Source: Malacoraja senta (taxonomy: Eukaryota). From it: a stretch of 64,000 nt of DNA. The translations under genes and the position numbers were made by a program. The stretch is taken from positions 10,728,001-10,792,000 of the forward strand of contig CM075989.1 in assembly GCA_038087875.1 (NCBI GenBank). Reading direction: 5' to 3'. Each line of letters opens with the position of its first letter. The first letter of the stretch is position 1. Shown one piece after another: positions 25,326 through 37,700 of this stretch. Under the pieces are notes generated by a model. That model made no database searches. It saw only the letters and a program-made list of their open reading frames with translations, and was not told the origin of the DNA.

Positions 25326-25585
25326 TTAATGAAGGAACTGCAGATGCTGGAAAATCGAAGGTACACAAAAATGCTGGAGAAACTCAGCGGGTGCAGCAGC
25401 ATCTATGGAGCGAAGGAAATAGGCAACGTTTCGGGCCGAAACCCTTCTTCAGACCCTTCAGTCTGAAGAAGGGTTTCTTCAGACCCTTCAGTCTGAAGAA
25501 GGGTTTCGGCCCGAAACGTTGCCTATTTCCTTCACTCCATAGATGCTGCTGCACCCGCTGAGTTTCTCCAGCACTTTTGTGTTAA
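25326..25585. mobile_element. Fold-back PLE terminal-repeat element with hammerhead-like cores on both strands
   Basis: Long inverted arms; core CTGAAGAAGGGTTTCGGCCCGAAACGTT at 25493-25520(+) and ~25426-25453(-); 8-bp TSD TAACAGTG at 25318-25325 / 25586-25593. Confidence 0.85.
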
Positions 25586-26378
25586 TAACAGTGATCTTTT
25601 GATTTATATCAAACCCCAAATAGCAATGGGAGCAAGCTCGCAGTAACAATGCGCTGAACACCCAGGCAGACTCTGCAAGCAGAGGTGAGGGAGAGCTGTC
25701 GGGGTGCAGACTAGCCCTTAAAATGAAGGCCCATGTGTTATTTGGAGGGGAATAGTTGCCATTGACATGGGCAACACCCTCACCCACAAATCGGATTAAC
25801 CGAAGCATTTCACCCCATCACTTTTCGTGGGTTAGACACAAAATGCTGGAGTAACTCAGCGTGACAGGCAGCATCTCAGACTGAAGAAGGGTCTCGACCC
25901 GAAACGCCACCCACTCCTCTCCAGAGAGGCTGCCGGTCCCGCTGAGTTACTCCAGCATTTTGTGTCTCCCCCAGGTTTGGAGGTTAATTGGCTTGGTAAA
26001 TGTAAAAATTGTCGCCAGTGTGTGCCGGATAGTGTTAATGTGGGCGGACTCGGTGGGTCGAAGGGGCCTGTTTCCACGCTGTATCTCTAAACTAAACTAA
26101 AGTTTCAGGGTGAGAGGTGAATGGGATTGTCAGCTCCTGTAGGTGACCCCGATCTGCATGTCCACCTGCTGTGGAAACATGTTGTCAATCTCTCGTCTTT
26201 GCCAGGTCCTAATCCTGGAGCAGCTCTGGGGAAGCACCTTCAACACATGGGCTGCAGCTGTCCAAGAAGGTTCATCATCACCTTCTCAAGGACAGTTAGT
26301 CTCCAGCTGTAAACGTTACTCTTGCCAACAATGTCCACATCTGGAGAAGTAATTTGTTGTTGTTGTTGTTGTTAGCAA

Positions 26379-26585
26379 AGGGCCTGTCCCACTTACGTGA
26401 CCTTTACAGGCGACTGCCGGCATAGAGCCGATGGTCGTGAGAGGTCTCCTATGGTCGTGAGAGGTCTCCAAAGAGTCGTAGTGTCTTTCTGGTCGCCGCT
26501 GAATTATCAACATGTCGAAAATTTTGGCGACCTATGACGGGTGCCGGCAGTCGCCTGTAAAGGTCGCGTAAATGGGACAGGCCCT
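26379..26585. mobile_element. Short Harbinger-type MITE (207 bp)
   Basis: TIRs AGGGCCTGTCCCA(C/T)TTACG(T/C)GACCTTTACAGGCGACTGCCGGCA (~44 bp); flanks CAA / TAA. Confidence 0.8.
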
Positions 26586-28804
26586 TAAGACCCACAGTCA
26601 AAGCCAGTCTCTCTCTCCTCAGTCTGAATAAGGGTCCCGACCTGAAATGTCGCCTGTCCATTCCCTCCACAGATGCTGCCCGACCTGCTGAGTTCCTCCA
26701 GGACTTTGTGTTTTGCTCATGATCCCAGTACCTGCAGTTCCTTGTGCATTCACTGCTCATTTGATGCTCCCGCGGATACACTTTGAAGAGCAGGAAATCT
26801 CTGTGCCTTCACACGAGCTCATTCCACAGCAGAGGCGCTCAGTTCGGACCTGGCCCATGTGCCTGGAGGAGTAAGTCTCTTTCACTGATCTCGATCCCGA
26901 GATTAATTAATGATGTCTTTAATATAGTCTCTTGTCAAGGCCTCTTGGAGCAGGTCTCTGAATTGCTTGAACTGTGTACAACATCTGTCACTTCACAGGA
27001 AGTGCAAAACCTTTGAGAGGTGCTCCTCAGCACCACTTGTATTAAACATTGACGAGTTCCTGTTTATCCAGCAGGATTAGTTTTCCAAAACCACGTCGAC
27101 CTCTGTGCATTTCACTGGGGCCAGTCCCGACCCTGACCGGGAGAGGCTGACCACTATCGAAGGGGGTGAGTGCCCAAGGTCTCTCCAAGTTAGTCCTCAC
27201 TCCGACAGATTGCCTGGTGAGATATCGCCGAGAGAAAGGGTTGGCGTTGGTGCAGCGTGTGGCGAGGCAGCTTTGAGGGGCCCATCTGCTCCTTCTCAAA
27301 TATGCACAGCAACACACGTTAGATCTAGTCTTTTGGGAGCTTCAAGTAAACGTCGAGAAATTGGAACCGTATTCTCAGGGAAAAATGTTTTTTTTTAAAG
27401 CCAATTATAGTGCTTGGAATACAGGGTCAATAGTTCACTTTCAAACTCGCAATAAATAGTCTGTTTCCAATTACCTCACCAAATTCCTTTTTATTTGATC
27501 CTTGTCTGATTAAAAACTTTCATTATGTATCAGCCAACCTTTTGCTTTTCTATAAACACTGGCGAATTTAATCTGGCAACCATCCTATAACCACTTCAAA
27601 CAAATTATTTTTGTAACACAGTGGCTTCTATGCATTTTTTTGCACTTTCCTCCTTCACTGGGCCTGCCCCACCCCCTTCCCCTCCCCTCCCCTTCCCTTC
27701 CTATCCTATGTAAGCATCGGTCTGCTGAAGATGCCCCAGCCTTGGTGCGTATGTGCAGGGACACACGGAACCTTTTACAGATGGAAATGTCAGCACCCAC
27801 CTCACACACGGTCGGTGCTGTTGGGGCTGGGTGGGTAGGTGAGCGGAATAAACATTCACTGGTTAGAGCAGAGCGCAGTGAGAGAGAGAGAGACAGACCT
27901 CAACCCTGCGTTCATTTATTACACAGTCAGATGTCGTTTGGCTGTTTGCATCCACACCAACTGGTTGCAAGAGTAATCTGACCAGTCTCACTCCCCCACC
28001 CTCTCCCCGCGGGCCTGTAAATTCTTTCTCATCAGACAGTCAGCCAGCTCCCTGCAAGCACTGTAATTTAATTTGCCTCCACCCCCCTTGCCCTGTTTCC
28101 AGCCATTTACTGGAAATGAAACTTCCTTCTACGTCCCCTGGTTCTTGACCCTCAGCTAAGGGGGAACAGTGTCTACTCATGATGGTGGAGCTCCTCGCAA
28201 CCCATCTCTGAGCCCGTTCAAGGAGAACGACCCCAGCCCTTTCAGTCCATGCACAGAACTGAAGTCCTTCACCCCTGGAATAGTTTCTGTAAATCTATCT
28301 GCACCTTTACTAAAACCTTCAGTACGTCAACACTCCATGCCTTATACACACAACTCTGTTTGCAAAGCCCAGGATTTTGTATGTGGTTCTAACCACTATA
28401 TCAACATGTCTGCCACCTTCAACAAACCACACACATAAACACCAAGATCGAACTATTCTTAGAATTGTACCTCTGGTCTATGTTGCCTCTTCTCATTCCT
28501 CTACAGAAATGTAATACTTTATATTGCTCTGCATTAAACATCACCTTTCCACCCATTCCACCCATGTGTATACTGCATTGAAATCTTCCACTGCCCTCCT
28601 CTCAGTTCATTACGCTTCCATCTTTTGTGCCATTTTCCCCATTTGGAAGTTATGCTGTACACCCCAATTCATATTCAGTCTTTATCTATTTCTTGGCAAA
28701 AATGGAACTAAAATTCTTTGAAAACGAAATCTTTTAGTCATCTTATGCACACCTAATGGATCCTTTTAATCTTCTGTGCTTCCTAATACCCGTAATCAAG
28801 AGCC

Positions 28805-29165
28805 ATTTTCACCCAGGTCATTCCCTCCTCTTCTCTCTCCCCTTGGGCAGAAAGTTCTAAAGCTTGCAAGCACCTACCACCAGATTCAGGAACAGCTTCT
28901 TCCCTGCTATGATCAGACTACTGAATGGACCTCTCATAAGCTAAGGTAAAGTCCTGATCTACCAACCTATCTAATTGCGTCTTTGTACTTTAAAAAAGAA
29001 AACTGGACTGTAGTTTAATGCTATAACACTGTGACATTATATCCTGCACCCTTTGCATTATGATGTATTTGTACTCATTTCTAGTATGATTTGACTGTAT
29101 AGCATGCAAACAACGTTTTTCACTGTATCTCGGCATGGCTGACAATAATAAACCAATATAATACC
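28805..29165 (+). mobile_element. Rex1/Babar-like LINE 3' end and UTR
   Basis: ACCACCAGATTCAGGAACAGCTTCTTCCC (TTRFRNSFFP motif), then a TTTTCACTGTATCTCGG...GACAATAATAAACC tail. Confidence 0.65.
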
Positions 29166-30301
29166 TCCGCACTTAATTATTGCAATGCACTTCTATTCAG
29201 CCTGTCATCCAAAACTTTGCAGACCATATGCTTGCCATGTTCTCCATTCACCCAGTATCTATAAAAGATAGACTTTTAAAGATAGCAGAGTCGGGGGATA
29301 TGGGGAGAAGGCAGGAACGGGGTACTGATTGGGGATGGTCAGCCATGATCACATTGAAGGTGGTGCTGGCTCGAAGGGCCGAATGGCTTACTCCTGCACC
29401 TATTGTCTATTAGTGGGGGTCTGATGAGAATGCAGGAAGAATAAAATGAGATGAATGTGGGATTAGTGTAAATGGGTGGCATGGATTTGGTGAGCCAAAG
29501 GGACCTGTTTCCATATTGTATCATGTGGGAAGGAACTGCAGATGCTGGTTTACATTGAAGATAGACACACAATGCTGGAGTAATCAGCGGGACAGGCAGC
29601 ATATCTGGATAGAAGGGAATGGGTAGCGTTTCGGGTCAAGTCTGAAGAAGGGCTCAACCTGAAATGTCATCCGAGTTACTCCAGAATTTTATGATTATCT
29701 CCCATGCTATATCTTTCTGTGAATATGACTTATTGATCTTTGCCTTCTCTTGGTTAAACAAAGTTGTGGTCTCACCTCACCACAACCTCACCCATCTAAT
29801 CTCTAAAATTACCCCCACCCTCTGACATCTCCTAATTCCAGCCTCTCCACCCTCTATAAAGATGTCCATCCCACACTGCTGACCATCCATCCCTTCAGTG
29901 ACCAGAACTCTCAGATCTTAAACCTCTCTCCGCCTTTAAAGAAGGCCCTTGAATCTTCTCTCTGACAAAGCTGTTGACGAACTGCCCTGAGATCTCCATA
30001 AGTGACGTGGCACCAAATCTTTGGTCGACGGTCGGCTACCGTTGCCATGTTGCTGCAAACTGTTTTCATTCAGCATTTTACAAACTGGCGCACATCTATT
30101 TCCAAAATCATTGAATGGGTGGAAAGGGCGGTAAATTAATTAATGGTTTTAATAGAGAATCTCCTCCCTCTAGGGAGGGTCTCCTGGTTCTGATTGTGTG
30201 TTTGCTGACATTATGAGCAGGAGAAAGGCCATGAATCTAATTACTGACCTATTTTTAAAACAGTCTCAATTCCATGGTGATTGGAGAGAGAGCAAAACAG
30301 T

Positions 30302-30449
30302 AACACATTGCCTGCGCCTCTGAAACAGACCACATATTTTGAACGGGGAACTTTCCCTCTTTGAGTACTTGAAGAGACTGCTTCTCGACTCTCACTGGAC
30401 TTTCACACCAAGCTCCTGGGCCTTAGTGAGGAGCTGGAGTGCGGGGCCT
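30302..30449 (+). repeat. Left copy of exact 148-bp direct repeat flanking the L1
   Basis: AACACATTGCCTGCGCC...GTGCGGGGCCT, identical by eye to 33378-33525. Confidence 0.95.
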
Positions 30450-33377
30450 AATAAAAATGCGGAGACAATAATAAAATCTCAGAATTTTTAGATAATTGTA
30501 ATCTACCACAATTAGAACGCAGGGAACAAGAGGAACTGGGAGCACAAATTACTTCTAAGGAGATAGAAGACACAATAAAAACACTAAAAAATGGAAAAAC
30601 ACCAGGACCAGACGGATTCAGTAATGAATTTTATAAATCTTTTTATGATATAGTTACTCCACGATTACAAAAAATGTATACATATGCTTATAAAGAGCAA
30701 AACCTACCTGAAACACTAGCGGAATCAACGATCATATTAATACTTAAAAAAGATAAAAATATAGAAGAACCAGGATCATATAGAGCTATTGCTTTGTTAA
30801 ATACGGATCAGAAAATAATAGCAAAAACATTAGCCAATAGATTAAGCAAGTATGTTAGTAGACTAATACATGAGGATCAAACAGGATTTATACCTAAGAG
30901 ACACTCATTTAATAATTTGAGACGTTTGCTTAACATAATGCATTCACATAAATCTTATGACCAAGAGTTAGCTATCATCTCACTGGACGCAGAAAAAGCG
31001 TTTGATCAAGTAGAATGGGACTATATGATCAAAGTATTGCAAAAATTCCAATTGGGAGAAAACTTTATTGCATGGATAAAACTACTATATAACAAACCTA
31101 CGGCTAGAATACTAACTAATAATATATTATCTTCAAAATTCGAATTATCTAGGGGCAACAGACAAGGATGTTCACTATCACCGCTGTTATTTGCTTTGGT
31201 AATTGAACCCCTTGCTGAAAAAATAAGAACACACTCGAATATTCACGGTTATAACACAAAATATTCAAACAACAAACTATCCCTATATGCTGATGATGTA
31301 CTACTGTACATCACAAAACCACAAATTAGTATACCAAATATATTAAACTTAATTGAGGACTTTGGATCCTTTTCAGGATATAGAATAAATTGGAACAAAA
31401 GTGAAATTATGTCGATTAAACCAAAAGACTCAACACATCTCAGGAAATTCCCTTTTAAAATAGCTATGGAAAAATTCAAATATTTAGGAATTGAGATTAC
31501 TAGAAATTACCATGATATGTTTAAAGCTAATTATAATCCCCTACTTAAGAAATTAAATAATCTGATTAAATTTTGGAAAACACTTCCGATGTCCTTAATA
31601 GGTAGGATAAATGCTATAAAAATGATTTTCTTACCACAAATCCTTTACCTATTTCAATCAATACCTATATATCTCCCAAAAAAGTTTTTCAAAAAACTGG
31701 ACTCAGACATTACAAATTTTATATGGGATTACAAATCCCACAGAATACAAAGAACACACCTTAACAAACGAAAAGAGTTGGGGGGTCTAGCGCTCCCTAA
31801 CTTTATGTATTATAACTGGGCAGTAAATATTAAAAATATGATTCACCTGCTGGACAATTCTGCCCAGCAGGTGGACTGGATTATAATGGAAAAAGGGGAT
31901 TGCTCCCCGAATAATATAGGAGCGATTATTCTCTCTCCAATAAATTTGAATAATAAAAATTATAATAAAAATCCAATTATATATAGCACTATTAGAACAT
32001 GGAAGCAAATAAAACAGAATCTAAAATTAAGAAACCTATCTCTCTTAATACCAATAGTCAATAACCCATCGTTCAAACCTTCAATCATAGATAAAGCATT
32101 TATACAATGGGAAAGAATGGGAATTAAAACGCTCGAAGATCTGTATGAATTAGAAAAATTACTATCATTCCAACAACTACAACTGAAATATAATTTGAAA
32201 AATAATCAATATTTTAAATATATACAAATCTGTGACTATTTGAAAACACACACAAAAGATTATTATAATATGCCTTCCGACTTACTAGATGAAGCAATGA
32301 AGACAAAGGCGGAATCAGTTAATTTAATATCATACTTATATAATATCATCTTAAATATAGAAATACCCACAACAGATGGAATTAGAAGAGATTGGGAACA
32401 AGATCTAGGTATAAAAATTTCAAAAGAGAGTTGGGATAATCATTTATTACAGGTGCATAAATGCTCGATCAACGTACGACATACGCTTATCCAATTTAAA
32501 ACATTACATAGATTATATTATTCAAAAACCAAACTAAATAAAATCTTTCCTAACGTCTCACCAATCTGTGATAAATGTATATGTCAAGAAGCTACCATAG
32601 CACATTCTTTTGTTTTTTGTACAAAAATCCAAAAATTCTGGTTTGAAATATTTGATATTTTTTCAAAATTAATCAAAATAAAACTGGTACCAAAACCAGA
32701 ATGGATTATTTTTGGAATATCGGAAGGTATTCCTGAATTAAACGTGTATCAGAAGAATTTACTCAATTATGGGCTAATAATGGGAAAAAAGCTTATACTT
32801 AAATTCTGGAAAAATGCGCCCACACCAACAATAAAAATGTGGACATCAAATATGTTGGAAACATTACATCTGGAAGAGATGAGATTCCTCCTAGTAGGCA
32901 AAGTAGATCAATTTCAAAAGACGTGGTCTACGTTTTTGGACCTATTACAAGCATGAGGTGCAATAGTAATTTAGAAAAACAAATAAATAAATAAAAGGTA
33001 TCTGGACCTGGTAATGGGAGGTAAAATAAAAACAGACTTGGTTGGTAGTTCCTTCTCTATGAAGTATGGTATAAGAGTTATAATAGAGCGATTGTTCCTT
33101 CTTTCTTTCTCTTTTTTTTTCTAGGGTCTATTTTCTAACTTTACTTCCTTCTCTAACCTCTTTTCTAAGGGGCTTTCTTTTCCCAACACTCTTTTGCACT
33201 TCACAACCTTTGCGCACTTTCTTCACTTTTCTTACTTCTTTCTTTTTCTTTCTTAAAGTTTAAAAAAGTGAAGCGGTACAAAAAATGTATTAATATATAC
33301 GTGTTGTACATTACTGTAATCTACCGTACTTCTAAAAAATTAAAAAAAATAAAAAATAAAAAAAAATAAAAAAAAAA
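30450..33377 (+). mobile_element. 5'-truncated young L1-clade LINE (ORF2 RT plus Cys domain, 3' UTR, poly-A)
   Basis: Sharp AT-rich block, uninterrupted frame from ~30455 to 32956, pyrimidine-rich 3' UTR, A-rich tail ~33333-33377, flanking direct repeat. Confidence 0.95.
30674..32956 (+). CDS. L1 ORF2 remnant: reverse transcriptase plus C-terminal CCHC-type domain; endonuclease and ORF1 lost
   Basis: Motifs YRAIALLNTDQKI, QTGFIPKR, SLDAEKAFD, RGNRQGCSLSPLLF, LYADD, KYLGI and CDKC-x8-H-x4-C. The in-frame upstream KTPGPDGFSNEFYK shows the ATG is internal. Confidence 0.9.
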   Translation: MYTYAYKEQNLPETLAESTIILILKKDKNIEEPGSYRAIALLNTDQKIIAKTLANRLSKYVSRLIHEDQTGFIPKRHSFNNLRRLLNIMHSHKSYDQELAIISLDAEKAFDQVEWDYMIKVLQKFQLGENFIAWIKLLYNKPTARILTNNILSSKFELSRGNRQGCSLSPLLFALVIEPLAEKIRTHSNIHGYNTKYSNNKLSLYADDVLLYITKPQISIPNILNLIEDFGSFSGYRINWNKSEIMSIKPKDSTHLRKFPFKIAMEKFKYLGIEITRNYHDMFKANYNPLLKKLNNLIKFWKTLPMSLIGRINAIKMIFLPQILYLFQSIPIYLPKKFFKKLDSDITNFIWDYKSHRIQRTHLNKRKELGGLALPNFMYYNWAVNIKNMIHLLDNSAQQVDWIIMEKGDCSPNNIGAIILSPINLNNKNYNKNPIIYSTIRTWKQIKQNLKLRNLSLLIPIVNNPSFKPSIIDKAFIQWERMGIKTLEDLYELEKLLSFQQLQLKYNLKNNQYFKYIQICDYLKTHTKDYYNMPSDLLDEAMKTKAESVNLISYLYNIILNIEIPTTDGIRRDWEQDLGIKISKESWDNHLLQVHKCSINVRHTLIQFKTLHRLYYSKTKLNKIFPNVSPICDKCICQEATIAHSFVFCTKIQKFWFEIFDIFSKLIKIKLVPKPEWIIFGISEGIPELNVYQKNLLNYGLIMGKKLILKFWKNAPTPTIKMWTSNMLETLHLEEMRFLLVGKVDQFQKTWSTFLDLLQA

Positions 33378-33525
33378 AACACATTGCCTGCGCCTCTGAA
33401 ACAGACCACATATTTTGAACGGGGAACTTTCCCTCTTTGAGTACTTGAAGAGACTGCTTCTCGACTCTCACTGGACTTTCACACCAAGCTCCTGGGCCTT
33501 AGTGAGGAGCTGGAGTGCGGGGCCT
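33378..33525 (+). repeat. Right copy of the 148-bp direct repeat
   Basis: Begins at the end of the poly-A tail; identical to 30302-30449. Confidence 0.95.
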
Positions 33526-33921
33526 CCTTATTAGTCTGCTCCTGAGCTTCACAAGATGACCGTTCATAGATCCAAGCTTTCGGTTGTCAGGGGAGGGGAG
33601 GAGACTTATTCATTCAGATTGTTTGTCCCTCTTCCAAGCTTATCTTCATGCTAGATGACAAGGGAGAGAGTGCATGTGGTTTCAGCTGGTTTAGAGTTAG
33701 TTAGTTTATGGTCATATGTACTGAGGTCCAGTGAAATGCTTTTTTATTGCCTGCTATCCAGTCGGCGGAAAGACTACACATGATTACAATCAAGCTGTCC
33801 ACAGTGTACCGATGCAGGATAACGGGAATAACGTTATAGTGCAAAATGAAGGCCAGTAAAGTCCGATTAAAGATTGTCCAAGGTCTCCAATGAGGTGGAT
33901 GGTAGGTCAGGACCACTATGG

Positions 33922-34212
33922 TCGGCACAGTAGTAGTATTGCTGCCTTACAATGCCAGACACCTGGGTTTGATCCTGACTACAGGTGCTGTCTGTATCGA
34001 GTTTGTACAGTCTCCCTGTGACCACGTAGAATTTCTCTGGGTGCTCCAGTTTCCACCCACACTTCAAAAACTTAGGTTAATTGGCTTCGGTAAAAATTCT
34101 ACATTGTCCCTAGTGTGTAGGGCAGTGCTAGTGTACGGGATGCTCGCTGGTTGGCGCGGAGTCAGTGGGCTGAAGGGCCTGTTTCCGTGCTGTATCTTTA
34201 AAGGAAACTAAA
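33922..34212 (+). mobile_element. HE1-type V-SINE, adjacent to a minus-strand LINE 3' UTR at ~33700-33920
   Basis: HE1 head, V-domain and tail motifs. Confidence 0.85.
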
Positions 34213-34535
34213 GTAATGACCATTCTCTAGTTGGAGATAGGATGGTTCAGGTGTCTGATAACAGCTGGGAAGAAGCTGGTTTGATTGGAAATCCGTGATC
34301 AGTTGGCACTGTAAGGGTTGGACATGCAGAACAATTTACGTTTCCTGCTCTCAGTGTTTTCCTTTAAAGGGAGCAGAAATGTTGGTCGCCCTCCAGGCCA
34401 ATGTATATCCAGAGAGGCCTCCTGCTGATTGATGCTGTACAGACCACCCCGGAAGAGAAATAGAGCTAATGTTTTAGATCCTGGACCATGCCTCTCAAGC
34501 GGCAAAGTGGCACAAGTTAGATTTAAGATGCAGGG

Positions 34536-34538
<3 letters not shown>

Positions 34539-34629
<91 letters not shown>

Positions 34630-34770
34630 GGGGGGAGGTGGGGGTGGGGGTGTGGGTGTGTGTGTGTGTGGGGGGGGGGGTGGGTGTGTGTGCGAGTGTG
34701 GGGGGGATGGGGGGTGGGGGTGTGTGTGTGTGTGGGGGGGATGGGGGGTGGGGGGGTGGGGGTGGGTGGA
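34539..34770. repeat. (GT)n microsatellite grading into a G-run/GT low-complexity tract
   Basis: About 44 perfect GT units followed by multiple runs of 4-11 G. Confidence 0.95.
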
Positions 34771-37700
34771 TGAGATCATCAGGGTGACAGATGAATAGGA
34801 GAAGAGAGAGAAGGGAAAAAAAGCTAAGGTGTGAAATGCAGGTCAGCGCTATAGGAAGTGCTGAATGATTCAATCCGTGGAGAGGGAAGAAGAGAGTCAA
34901 ACTGCATCAGGTCAGCTCTGACACACACAGAAAGTAAGTTCCTGAAATAACTGAATTTGATATTTGATATTTGATTCGATATTGATTCTCCTTTACCTTA
35001 AATTTACACCCTATGGCTCCCAACTCTCTAACTACTGGAAACACTCTTGACTGCTCCTATTGTATTTCTCTTCAGCCATCTCTACTCAGGAGAAATCCCC
35101 ACATCTTCTTGACATTATTGATCATTGGATTTAGATTGCTTACACACTTTACAATAGAGACACAGTCAAGTTAGTGTGAAGCTGGTAGGCTGCGCTGCAT
35201 TGAACCCAAAGAATGAACAGAAACTAGTTTCTTCCTCATTTATAATATTTTAAAGGCATCTTGTTTAACCAGCTCATGTAATTCTGTTATTAATCTGGAT
35301 TTTATGTGAAGCCAATTTCAATAGTTAGGAGGGACTTTTCCAGCTTTCTCTCCCTAACCACTTTCTGTCTGTCGAAGAGTCCCAACCTGAAACATCATCT
35401 GTCCATTCCCACCGCAGTTGCTGCCCGACTTGCTGAGATGCCCCAGCACTTTGTGTTTTGCCGTTGAATACGTTCTAGGAGCAGAATTAGGCCATTCGGC
35501 CCATCAGGTGTACTCCGCCATTCAATCATGGCTGATCTCTCATTCCCTCTCAACCCTATTCTCCTGCCTTCTCCCCATGTATAAGGCCCAATGGTCCCAG
35601 CTGAAAGGTTAACTGGCCCTCACGAGGAACATCACAGGTCAGAAGTAATCCATCGGAAGCATCAGTCTGAAGAAGGGTCTCGACCCAAAATATCACCCCC
35701 CTCTTCTCCGGAGATGCTGCCTGTCCCGCTGAGTTACTCCAGCATTTTGTGTCTACCTTGGAAGCATCTGTCAGAAGCTGAGTACATGAGGTGCTAGTGA
35801 AAAGAACCCATCACCCCGTTGCAGCCGACTTGCGGCTCAGTTGGATGTTTCGTCTGCGCATGTCCGTTGATGGGGTGCGAGGTGGACAACTCAATGTGAT
35901 ATCGGCAGTGACCCATCAGGCAGTCGCAGCACGGCAGATGGGCTCAATCAGACTTGCCTCCGAGCATGATCCCTGGAATGAGGAAACAAAGGCAACTATT
36001 TTCTTTGCAATGCCATGCAGGAAAAAGCATTAATGAGCAAATGAAAACCATGATGACTCCACATCCTCTGTAGCGGCGACTGTTTGGCTTTCTCAGCGGG
36101 GGGTGAATTGCTCAGAAGGAAACGATTTCTAGTTACAGTAAATGATTCATATTCTCTTCGTGGAAGAAACATGCAGGAGATTGCAACCGATTCAATCGCT
36201 GTGGTAACTGCCTCAAGACACAAATGAAGGTCAGTCTTTAGCAATAGTCACAAGAGAAATGAGCACTCCAGACCTACTCCAATTCCCAAAGCTCGCATAT
36301 TCCACATAACCGGGACTAATTTAACATCGTCTGTGGAACTCTGCTGCTTTGGAAGTGGCAGACAGTTCAAGATATATCACAAATTCATAGAGTCCCAGTG
36401 TATAATATGCCTCTACCGAGTAATTGAAGAGCTATCTTGGCTGTGTTGTCCCCTGCTTCTCCTCGATGTCATGGGACGTTTTGCAAGTTTTAACAATAGC
36501 CATAGTTCCAGTGGTGGCAGTCTGGTCTCAGAGTATAAAGGACACTCCAGAGACTTGGGCACTGTGGTCCGGGGGTGATGCTCCCAGTGCGGGTAACATC
36601 ACCTGGACGAGATGCCAAACCAAGCTCATTCCTACTCATAGATGGACACATAGGCTCCTGTGGTCCTACTGTATACAGGAGCTGCAGTGTCTATCTACAA
36701 TGGGACAATTTTTCAGTGGGGACCAGAACAGATCTGCCAGGTCTGGACTTATCTGAAGTAGAGGTTGTTGTGCAGCCCGATAAACAGAGGGAGTTTCATG
36801 GACCACCCATTTAGCTGGGCTTGCCTGGCCCAAGTACAGCACGCCATTTAAAATTAATGAGAGACAATAGTTGCTGGCAGTACATAGAACATAGAACAGT
36901 ACAGCACAGGAACAGGCCCTTCGGCCCACAAGGTCTGTGCCAAGCATGAGGCGGTGACAGATTTTTATTTGATTAAATTAAAACATTTTGGTTGTTTCCA
37001 TAAATCAATGGGTGTTTTTAGTTTTTCATGTTTGTAATGTTAGAAATGACCTGTGTGATCTTGATGTGTGCACGGGCGATACGGAATGGGTAGCTGTAGA
37101 AAACGAACGACCGCATGATGCAGTACTGAGAGAGAAGGAAGCGGTACATCAGGAACAGGAGACTCTGCTATCTTGGGCTGTGGGTCTTTAGTATTGGGTT
37201 TGGGGGACGTTGTTTGCTGCTGATTTAAGGAAAAATCGGATTACAGAGTGTTCTCGGGAACAGTCCCTTGTGCAACCTACACCTCCTCACTCCTCCATAA
37301 CGGGCAGGAAGCTTTAATTGGTAATAGATAAGGTTGCACATGCACTTCTTGCTCATAATTATAGAGGCATAGAGTACAGAAAGAGTCCCTTCTGCCCATC
37401 AAGCCTATGGTGACCATCAAGCATTCATTTACACAAATCTAACGCTAATCCCATTTTTTCTGCCCCCAATCACTTGCACAAAGGGGGTCATTTAAAGCAG
37501 CCAATTCACAGAGCAACTGGTGCGTTAGGATGCCGGTGGAAATGAGAGCAACTGAAGAGAAGCTTATGTGATCACAGGGTTCCACACAGACGATGCCCAA
37601 GGTCAGTAATTGAACCTAGGTCACTTGTATCTCGACATCTCACGAAGGTTACTTTGCAATATATGTTGAAGGAGAAATCAAGCAGCTTTCAGAATGGCCT

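Noticed and set aside
26830..27170. Possible plus-strand exons ending at GTAAGT (~26872) and GTGAGT (~27166)
   Set aside because: Donor-like sites exist, but acceptors are ambiguous, frames are not consistent and the peptides are unrecognisable.
30674..32956. Bacterial RT system (retron, DGR, group II intron) or domesticated host gene
   Set aside because: Motif set, poly-A tail, 5' truncation and duplicated target are all those of an L1 retrotransposon.
30302..33525. LTR retrotransposon with 148-bp LTRs
   Set aside because: The RT is non-LTR L1 type, there is a poly-A tail, and the repeats lack TG...CA ends, PBS or PPT; a target-site duplication fits better.
34429..34900. ORFs with CV/HT repeats
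   Set aside because: Translation artefacts of the (GT)n/G-rich tract.
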